IMG/VR virus record: IMGVR_UViG_3300032087_002755
Strand: one strand, 5' to 3'
Length of the DNA stretch: 64,000 nt
Source: a virus
A program made the position numbers and the translations under genes. Below the pieces are notes generated by a model. The model made no database searches, had not been told where the DNA came from, and saw only the letters and a list, made by a program, of their open reading frames with translations. Positions 48,031 through 55,158 of the stretch are shown here, piece by piece. The first letter of the stretch is position 1. Each line of letters starts with the position of its first letter.

Positions 48031-48849
48031 ATGAAAGATACCACACTGAACATTGCAGTTTTATTTCTACTTTCCATATTAGGATTGGGGTGGTCAAGTG
48101 TGGCATCTGCTAATGATAATTCAATAACAATTAAACAAGTTAATAGTGGTGATAATGTTGATTTAGATGTAACACAAGAAGGTTTTGCAAATACAATTGA
48201 CTTTTCCTTTGACCACCAAAACAACACTATGAAATTAATTCAAAGTGGTAATAACAATTATATTGGATATACAGATGCATGGGGTTCGGGTTATCAGTGG
48301 GGTGGTGACCTAGACGGACAAAACAGTGATATAGAAATCAGACAAAAATGTTCTTTTGCAACATGTAATGACAATGATTTCCAATTTCATATTCAAGGTG
48401 ATTCCAATCAAGTTATCTTTGGTCAAGGATATGAACTCAATAATTCACTTACACCTACTTGGAGTTATGACGGAACTGAGCCTGGTGGAAACTTTGTAAG
48501 ATTAGATATTCATGGTTCCTCCAATGATTTTGTAGGAAGTCAGAAACAAGATACAAGTGCTGTTGAGCATAGTATGACTTGGAACATTTATGGTAATAAT
48601 AATTATGTCTATTCAAAACAAATGCAGAATGGAAATAAGACACTTACAGGAACAATCAACAACAGTAACAATACAATATCAACAGTTCAGAAAAAGGCTG
48701 GTGCTCACACTGCAAACATAACTCTTAGTGGAACTTACGGAACAAATCTTACCTTAACTCAAACAGGTGACACTGCACAATCATATACACTATCCCAAAC
48801 TTGTCAAACAGTTGGTGGTTGTACATTATCAGTAACCCAAGGAAATTAA
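48031..48849 (+). CDS. Secreted curlin-like protein (CsgA/CsgB-like repeats)
   Basis: Signal peptide and QxGxxN repeats (QEGFAN, QSGNNN, IQGDSN, IHGSSN, IYGNNN). Confidence 0.7.
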   Translation: MKDTTLNIAVLFLLSILGLGWSSVASANDNSITIKQVNSGDNVDLDVTQEGFANTIDFSFDHQNNTMKLIQSGNNNYIGYTDAWGSGYQWGGDLDGQNSDIEIRQKCSFATCNDNDFQFHIQGDSNQVIFGQGYELNNSLTPTWSYDGTEPGGNFVRLDIHGSSNDFVGSQKQDTSAVEHSMTWNIYGNNNYVYSKQMQNGNKTLTGTINNSNNTISTVQKKAGAHTANITLSGTYGTNLTLTQTGDTAQSYTLSQTCQTVGGCTLSVTQGN

Positions 48850-48850
48850 A

Positions 48851-49108
48851 ATGACAGAATGTCCACCCGAGTTTTATGAGTGTCTCACTGAAGAAGAGTA
48901 TGACGACATATTAGAACTCTTTGAAGAGAACAATATTTCAATGCCTGAATCAATGGGTGACGCAGAAGTAGCTGCACAATTTGTTTGGGAAGTTCTTTTT
49001 CTCGGCCCAGTAGAGTTAATCTCTATTGGACTTACAATGACGGTTCTTGCAACATATGGTTTAACAATATACTATATGTTTAAAAAGATACAAAAGAAAT
49101 TTAGTTAA
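48851..49108 (+). CDS. Small membrane protein
   Basis: Acidic N-terminus with a Cys pair and a C-terminal TM helix; coupled to the cyclase. Confidence 0.6.
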   Translation: MTECPPEFYECLTEEEYDDILELFEENNISMPESMGDAEVAAQFVWEVLFLGPVELISIGLTMTVLATYGLTIYYMFKKIQKKFS

Positions 49109-50946
49109 TGTATAGTTGGAAAACAGTCCTAATCACAATAGGTGCATTAGTAGGACTTAAAATTTGGTCTCCCTATCTAGTAGAAAATATCACTTGGTCT
49201 TACTTTGATGTTTTACATCAATCTCAGGAAGTTATCAGGTCAGATGACATTGTCTTAGTCGACATAGACGAAAAATCACTTGAAGTGTTCGGTCAGTTTC
49301 CTATCAAACGTAGTATCTATAGGGATATCATGCTTGACACTCATTACACTAATACACATGTTTTTACTCAACTCTTCAATCAACCTGATAGAAATTCAGG
49401 AGAAGATGAAATTTTTGCAGAAGGATTAGTCAACCGATTATCAATTCTTGCAGCTGCACCAACCATACAAAAAGACACTGGTTCTGCACCCTTCGTAGGT
49501 AACTCTACCTTTGGGGGTGGAAGTGCAACAGACCACCTATGGAACTTCTCAGGAATTTCAAGTCCTATCAGGATACTTCAGGACAATACTTACGGAGTTG
49601 GGGTTACTGTTGCAACACCTAGTGTAACTGGGACTGCAAACTTTGACGGGACGACTAGGTCAATACCTTTAATCGTCACTGCAAACGAACAGGTATATCC
49701 GTCACTTGCACTAGAAACACTTCGTGCATTAAAAGACCAACCTTCATACCAAACTAAAATTACAGAAGTTGGAGTAGAGTGGGTAAGAATGGGTAGGGAC
49801 AAACCTATCACCACCACTTCAACAAGTGATGTTATGGTAACCTATTGGAACGAATTCCAACGGGTTTCTGCAGTAGACTTACCTAGTCTAAATCTTAATA
49901 ATAAGATTCTTGTTTGGGGACTGACTGCAGAGGGATTGAATAATCCAGTTTCAACCCCAGTGGGTGTATTGTATCCTCACGAAGTTCAAGCGAACCATAT
50001 CCAAACCGTTTTGTCAGAAGTTCGTATACAACAATCCTACTATCTTGAACAGCTAGAAATTGTTCTTCTTCTGATAGTTCTTGGATTGATATTGGTGATG
50101 GTTTACAAACTTCCCACAGCTCTTGCGGGGATAATGAGTCTAACACTTGTAGGACTTCAAATCTTCGGGAGTTATTATATTTGGACTTCAAGTTACGTTC
50201 TTTTCGATACCTTCTTTTCATCGATTGCCTCCTTGATTGTTTTCGGTCATGCTTCATTCAATCAATATTACACAACTTACAAACTCAAAGAACAAATTAA
50301 GAAGCAGTTCCAAAAGTATTTATCTCCCGACATGGTTAACCAACTTGCAGAAAACCCCGATTTACTTAAACTAGGTGGTGATAGAAAAGAGTTAACTTTC
50401 ATGTTTATGGACATATGTGGATTTACCCCCATAAGTGAACACTATATGAAACAGGACGACCCCGAAGGATTGGTAGAACTAATCAACAAGTTTCTTGACA
50501 TGCAAACTAAGATAATCCTAAATAACAATGGAACCATCGATAAGTATATGGGCGATTGTATTATGAGTTTTTGGAACGCACCATTAGATTGTCCGAATCA
50601 TGCTGAAATGGCAGTAAAGTCTGCAATAGAAATTTTAGAAGCAACCAAGGAACTCAATGAAGAACTCAAACCGCTTAATCTTCCACCCATTAACGTGGGT
50701 ATTGGGATTAACACTGGTGAGTGCATCGTTGGAAACATGGGGTCAGAACTTAGATTTGACTATTCCGTCATTGGAGACGCCGTCAATCTCGGTGCTAGAC
50801 TCGAGGGACAAACAAGAAATTATGATGGGGTGGACGTGTTGTTGGGAGAAGCAACATATCGACAATGTCCGTCTAGAGCATTCACTGAAGTCGACAGAAT
50901 TCTTGTCAAAGGTAAATCTGAACCAGTTACAGTTTACACTATCTGA
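49108..50946 (+). CDS. CHASE2-domain class III adenylate cyclase
   Basis: CHASE2 motifs 'IVLVDIDEKSL...GQFP..R' and 'YPSLALE', three TM helices, catalytic FMDICGFT, IDKYMGD, RFDYSVIGDAVNLGARLE. Confidence 0.92.
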   Translation: MYSWKTVLITIGALVGLKIWSPYLVENITWSYFDVLHQSQEVIRSDDIVLVDIDEKSLEVFGQFPIKRSIYRDIMLDTHYTNTHVFTQLFNQPDRNSGEDEIFAEGLVNRLSILAAAPTIQKDTGSAPFVGNSTFGGGSATDHLWNFSGISSPIRILQDNTYGVGVTVATPSVTGTANFDGTTRSIPLIVTANEQVYPSLALETLRALKDQPSYQTKITEVGVEWVRMGRDKPITTTSTSDVMVTYWNEFQRVSAVDLPSLNLNNKILVWGLTAEGLNNPVSTPVGVLYPHEVQANHIQTVLSEVRIQQSYYLEQLEIVLLLIVLGLILVMVYKLPTALAGIMSLTLVGLQIFGSYYIWTSSYVLFDTFFSSIASLIVFGHASFNQYYTTYKLKEQIKKQFQKYLSPDMVNQLAENPDLLKLGGDRKELTFMFMDICGFTPISEHYMKQDDPEGLVELINKFLDMQTKIILNNNGTIDKYMGDCIMSFWNAPLDCPNHAEMAVKSAIEILEATKELNEELKPLNLPPINVGIGINTGECIVGNMGSELRFDYSVIGDAVNLGARLEGQTRNYDGVDVLLGEATYRQCPSRAFTEVDRILVKGKSEPVTVYTI

Positions 50947-51250
50947 ACCACCTAGTAATCGTCAATGGACTATATTCATTAGTCTACAACTCTTAGATAT
51001 CTATACAACCTATCGTGGACTTCAATATGATTGTGTTGTAGAAATGAATCCAGTATTGGGTGAATCACCTTCTGTAAGTAAAATGTTTTTCACTAAGGCT
51101 GCTTTACTTGCACCAGCACTCAATTACGACTTAAAGAATGAAAATCTTTCACAAGAAGTCTTTAACGAATTAAACTCATTTATGACACTTGTAGTTGTAA
51201 ATAACATTAATACAGCCAATAAAGCAAAAAAATATTGCATAAAAAAGTAA
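50657..51250 (+). CDS. Membrane/secreted protein (DUF5658-like C-terminus) overlapping the cyclase 3' end
   Basis: 'LQLLDIYTTYRGL....EMNPVL' motif. AAGGA RBS and a signal-like N-terminus at 50657; the start is uncertain. Confidence 0.55.
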   Translation: MKNSNRLIFHPLTWVLGLTLVSASLETWGQNLDLTIPSLETPSISVLDSRDKQEIMMGWTCCWEKQHIDNVRLEHSLKSTEFLSKVNLNQLQFTLSEPPSNRQWTIFISLQLLDIYTTYRGLQYDCVVEMNPVLGESPSVSKMFFTKAALLAPALNYDLKNENLSQEVFNELNSFMTLVVVNNINTANKAKKYCIKK

Positions 51251-51312
51251 AAACCCCCTTGAAATTTTAGAAAAAACCCATATAATAGTAGTATGGTGTT
51301 ATAAATACCATT

Positions 51313-51405
51313 GTGAGAGAACTTTAAAAGAGCTCGGATTTGGAACTTGGATTGGGCAACGCCGACATCAAGTGACCCCATTTCTTCAAAAGAGCTCGGT
51401 TCTCG
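51313..51405 (+). ncRNA. Candidate structured RNA downstream of late promoter 51300
   Basis: Nested pairings GAGAAC/GTTCTC, GAGCTC/GAGCTC, ACTT..GAT/ATC..AAGT and GGC/GCC, with no credible ORF. Confidence 0.4.
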
Positions 51406-51413
51406 AACATTAA

Positions 51414-51471
51414 TGCAATGCTCATTAGAGGTTGCACATTATAAACTTGCTTAATAAAGGAGAAAACTATG
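51414..51471 (+). promoter_or_regulatory. ROSE-like RNA thermometer in the hsp20 5' UTR
   Basis: CUUGCUU pairs with the AAGGAG SD with a bulged G. Upstream hairpin at 51414-51436. Confidence 0.55.
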
Positions 51472-51885
51472 ACTATCTATGACGATGTCTTCGGGAAATC
51501 ATTCCCATTCGCAATCGGGTTCGACAGAACTCTTCAACTATTAGAACGTGCAGATGTACAATCTAATGCAAACTATCCACCTTACAATATTGTAAAAGTC
51601 GATGCAGAAAACTTTGTAATCGAACTTGCAGTAGCTGGATTTGGTAAGAAAGAAATTTCAATCTTAAAAGAGAAAGAAGTTCTTATCATTAAAGGTGAAC
51701 AGGAAAAAGAAGAAAGTAAAGAGTTTGTTCATCAAGGACTCTCTTCAAGAAACTTTACTAGAAGGTTTACACTTGCAGACGATATTGTCGTCAATGGTGC
51801 AGACATGAAGGACGGTATTTTGAAGGTATCACTTGAGAGAATTGTGCCTGAGGAAGACAAACCTCAAGAAATCAAAATTTCTTAA
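51469..51885 (+). CDS. hsp20: Small heat shock protein Hsp20 (IbpA-like)
   Basis: 'YPPYNI', 'IELAVAGF', 'HQGLSSRNFTRRFTLA', 'DGIL.V.L'. Confidence 0.95.
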   Translation: MTIYDDVFGKSFPFAIGFDRTLQLLERADVQSNANYPPYNIVKVDAENFVIELAVAGFGKKEISILKEKEVLIIKGEQEKEESKEFVHQGLSSRNFTRRFTLADDIVVNGADMKDGILKVSLERIVPEEDKPQEIKIS

Positions 51886-51897
51886 AAACCCTCTTAC

Positions 51898-51936
51898 GGA
51901 TACACCTGTTATGTTGTATAATAGGTGTATCCTTTT
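51898..51936 (+). terminator. Hairpin plus T-run after hsp20, overlapping the next promoter
   Basis: GGATACACCTGTTAT/ATAATAGGTGTATCC inverted repeat, followed by TTTT. Confidence 0.55.
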
Positions 51937-51954
51937 ATATTATGGAGATTTACT

Positions 51955-52476
51955 ATGTTATCAACAGGTGACTTATTCCCTGCGTTCTCACTGCAAGGGG
52001 TTAATGAAAACAATGAATTTGTGAGAGTTACAGTAGAAGAAGGCTATACACCACTCAAACATGATTGGTCAGTGGTTTACTTTTATCCTAAAGACTTTAC
52101 CTTTATATGTCCTACAGAGATTGCTGGTTTCGACACATTAGTCGACCATGCAAACGTGATAGGAATTAGTGGTGATAATGAGTTCTGTAAATTAGCATGG
52201 AAACAAGATAATGAACTGATTGGAAATATCAGACATACACTTGCAGCTGATTGTGGACTTGGTTTATCGAATGCACTAGGTATTGTAGATGAAGAAAATG
52301 GTGTTTGTTATCGTGCAACATTTATTTTTGACAAAAACAGAGTCATTCAACATGCTTCAAGTAATGCATTAGACACTGGAAGAAACCATAACGAAGTTCT
52401 AAGAACTTTAAAAGGTTTACAAGCTGGTGGACTAACTGGTTGTGCATGGGACGATGGGGACGAGTTTGTCGGATAA
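51955..52476 (+). CDS. ahpC: Peroxiredoxin (AhpC-type)
   Basis: FYPKDFTFICPTE, 'RATFIFD', GRN, C-terminal Cys. Start placed after GGAG. Confidence 0.9.
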   Translation: MLSTGDLFPAFSLQGVNENNEFVRVTVEEGYTPLKHDWSVVYFYPKDFTFICPTEIAGFDTLVDHANVIGISGDNEFCKLAWKQDNELIGNIRHTLAADCGLGLSNALGIVDEENGVCYRATFIFDKNRVIQHASSNALDTGRNHNEVLRTLKGLQAGGLTGCAWDDGDEFVG

Positions 52477-53890
52477 ACTGTATCAAGTCTTAAAAGACAA
52501 TGCAAACGAGAAGGGTTTACCTTTAATTGAGGGTAAACTCTTTGATGCATTAACAGAAGAATACGGAAGAGAAAAGTTCCGTGAGGTTCTTGCAGATTAT
52601 ATTGAAAAAGAAAGACCCGAGTTCCCTCTAAAACAAATCTCTCATGAAGATATGAGAAACACCTTTATCAAACTTTTAAACTATGACGTATGGAAGTTTA
52701 TATACCCACACGAAAATTTAGAAGAAGAAGTCGTAGAAAAATATGACGACTACAAATACCCATATTCAGAATGGGGACACGGAATGGTCAATGCACCTTC
52801 CACATTCAATGACGCAAGTGATTACTTTATGCAACACCTAAGACTTGCATGTGATTCATATGGACATAGAGCACCATTGAATGCATTCAAAGAATCAACT
52901 GCAAAAGAATTAAAATCACCTCTCGGTGCAATATGGAGAGGGGTTAATGATATTCAAAAAGAGACAACAACAGACGTAGACGGAAATGAAGTTATTAGAT
53001 TAGTTGGTGGTTCATTAAGAGAAGACACCTACAGAATGGCATTCAGACTAGGAGCTTATATTGCAACACAATTCAAACCAGTAGTTGCAAAGTGTTTCTA
53101 TGAAATGACTGATGCAAGAGTTGTATTAGACACTAGTTGTGGTTGGGGAGATAGACTATGTGGATTCTTTGCAAGTCAAAGAACAGAAATGTATATTGGT
53201 TGTGACCCAAACCCAAACACATTCGAAGTATATAAGAAACAATGCATAGAATATGAAAAGATTCTTACAGGTAATAAACCTACAATTACAGAAACCGAAG
53301 ACAAGTTTATGTCAGTTGGTGAGAAGAGAGTTATAATTTATAGAAGTGGTGCAGAGGATATTCCTTATGATAAGTTCCCACCAGTAGATTGTGCATTTAC
53401 TTCCCCACCATATTTTTCAACAGAGACCTATAACAAAGGTGGAGAACACGAAGAAGACCAGTCATGGAGTAAGTTCTCAGAATATGAATCATGGAGAGAC
53501 GACTTCTTTATTCCAGTTTCTAAAAAATCATTTGAAGTGTTATCCGATGACGGACACTTACTTATTAATATTATGAATCCGAAGGTGAAAGGTAAAATGT
53601 TCCCTTCATGTGATGAAGTAGTAGACGAACTAAGAGAACACTTCAAAGGTCAGATAGGAATGAGAATCATGCAGAGGCCTCAATCTTCTACTGCATTCTT
53701 AGAGAAGTGGTCAGACGTAAAAGGTGAAAATGATAGTAATCAAGTATCTGATAAAGAAGGTATTGATAGAACTGCAATGCAAGACTTTATGAAAAAACTA
53801 TACATGGAAAATGTATGGTGGTTCTCTAAAACAAATAAAGACTTATTCTTACCTAACAGACGTAATACATTGGAGAGTTTCTTTGGGTAG
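52454..53890 (+). CDS. Amino (N6-A/N4-C) DNA methyltransferase-like protein
   Basis: SAM motif 'LDTSCGWGDR', 'GCDPN', catalytic 'FTSPPY'. Confidence 0.8.
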   Translation: MGTSLSDKLYQVLKDNANEKGLPLIEGKLFDALTEEYGREKFREVLADYIEKERPEFPLKQISHEDMRNTFIKLLNYDVWKFIYPHENLEEEVVEKYDDYKYPYSEWGHGMVNAPSTFNDASDYFMQHLRLACDSYGHRAPLNAFKESTAKELKSPLGAIWRGVNDIQKETTTDVDGNEVIRLVGGSLREDTYRMAFRLGAYIATQFKPVVAKCFYEMTDARVVLDTSCGWGDRLCGFFASQRTEMYIGCDPNPNTFEVYKKQCIEYEKILTGNKPTITETEDKFMSVGEKRVIIYRSGAEDIPYDKFPPVDCAFTSPPYFSTETYNKGGEHEEDQSWSKFSEYESWRDDFFIPVSKKSFEVLSDDGHLLINIMNPKVKGKMFPSCDEVVDELREHFKGQIGMRIMQRPQSSTAFLEKWSDVKGENDSNQVSDKEGIDRTAMQDFMKKLYMENVWWFSKTNKDLFLPNRRNTLESFFG

Positions 53891-54206
53891 AACACCACTA
53901 TTTGACGAAGGTGTTTATTGTGTAGTAGACAATAACAAACTTAACATGTCAGGCATTCAAATTACTAAAGGAGAATGGGAAGGTGTTATCTATGTTTATG
54001 GTAAAGTAGAATTTGTAGAAGGTAAGAAACACTTAAATTTTCAAAGAGATATTGTTGTCGTTCCCGAGAATCATGACCTTGAAGAACTCCTAAATAATAT
54101 CGAACTAAATAATCTTATGGGAGATATATTGGTTGAACTCATAGAGGAACAAGCGAGGAAAGAGAATGAACAAAGAGATACTAAAGGAACAGATAAAAAG
54201 ACATGA
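53883..54206 (+). CDS. Hypothetical protein
   Basis: GGAG plus TTG start. 'I..G..EGVIY.YGKV.F' and 'GDILVELI' motifs are seen in T4-like phage proteins. Confidence 0.55.
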   Translation: MGRTPLFDEGVYCVVDNNKLNMSGIQITKGEWEGVIYVYGKVEFVEGKKHLNFQRDIVVVPENHDLEELLNNIELNNLMGDILVELIEEQARKENEQRDTKGTDKKT

Positions 54207-54621
54207 GGGTGAAGTCCTAGAGATTTATGAAGACTCACTAGGATATTTAACTTTTGGTGTAGGACACCTAGTTAAAGAAGGAGACCCCGAGTTTGGTCAA
54301 CCAGTAGGAACACCCGTTTCACAAGAAAGAGTAGACGAAGTATACGAACACGATTTTGAAAAACACGTAGAAGAAACAATTCATGTGTTTGAGTCAAAAG
54401 GTGGAGAAGACTTCTATGCACTTCCCGAAGATATACAACATGTTCTCATAAACATGACTTTCAATTTAGGTGGAACTAGATTTGGTAAGTTTAATAATAT
54501 GTGGAAAGGTGTTGTTGAATGTGATTGGGAAAAGGTTGCAGTCGAAATGGAAGACAGCCGTTGGTTCAAACAAGTAGGAAGACGTTCAATCGAACTACAG
54601 GAGATTGTCAGAAGTGTCTAA
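54166..54621 (+). CDS. Lysozyme (T4-lysozyme/GH24-like)
   Basis: 'HEG....Y.D..G..T.GVGHL', 'NMTFNLG', 'EM.DSRW..QV..R'. Confidence 0.88.
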   Translation: MNKEILKEQIKRHEGEVLEIYEDSLGYLTFGVGHLVKEGDPEFGQPVGTPVSQERVDEVYEHDFEKHVEETIHVFESKGGEDFYALPEDIQHVLINMTFNLGGTRFGKFNNMWKGVVECDWEKVAVEMEDSRWFKQVGRRSIELQEIVRSV

Positions 54622-54901
54622 AGTAAAATGTATTAGACTTGACACTGGAGAAGTATTGATTGGTTTTGTTTCTACTTCACTAATCAGTGGTGATTATACA
54701 ATCAGTGATGCACAAATTTGTTTAACAAATACCGAAGACGGAAAGTATGAAGTTAACCTTGCACCATGGATTCCGTTTGCAAAAGAATATACATTCACAA
54801 TAAATAAAGACTTAGTTCAAACAGTATTTGAACCAAGACCACAACTAGAAACTAACTTCAAAGTTGCAACTGGTAACAACAAAAGACAAAGGGGTAAATA
54901 A
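54605..54901 (+). CDS. Conserved small T4-like protein (Sm-like fold)
   Basis: 'IRL.TGE.LIG' and 'LAPWIPF'; typical position before gp43. Confidence 0.6.
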   Translation: MSEVSKVKCIRLDTGEVLIGFVSTSLISGDYTISDAQICLTNTEDGKYEVNLAPWIPFAKEYTFTINKDLVQTVFEPRPQLETNFKVATGNNKRQRGK

Positions 54902-55134
54902 TGGGAAGAGAAACACTATTAAAAGCACTATTGAGTCAATATCAAGGTGAAATGGATATTGCAATGGCAAACATTGAAGTATACAAAAACAATCCAGCTG
55001 GTATTGGTGAACACCCCGACATTGCTCAAGCACTCGATACTCAAATTGAGAAACTTGCAAATGCAAAAGAAAAGTATGATGTCACTTATGACATTTTACA
55101 CAACAAAAACAAAGTTACTACCTTGACAGAATAG
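54901..55134 (+). CDS. Conserved hypothetical protein
   Basis: 'ANIEVY..NPAGIGEHPDI' motif. Confidence 0.65.
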   Translation: MGRETLLKALLSQYQGEMDIAMANIEVYKNNPAGIGEHPDIAQALDTQIEKLANAKEKYDVTYDILHNKNKVTTLTE

Positions 55135-55158
55135 ACCCCCTTGTAGTATAATAACTAC

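Noticed and set aside
51313-51405. tRNA gene
   Set aside because: No cloverleaf with a T-loop GTTCRA in the proper position and no acceptor stem/CCA. No tRNA was recognised anywhere in the window.
33157-53883. ORF-track starts at 33157, 35749, 40246, 44026, 51925 and 53811
   Set aside because: They run through upstream genes, promoters or terminators. Downstream starts have better promoter or RBS support.
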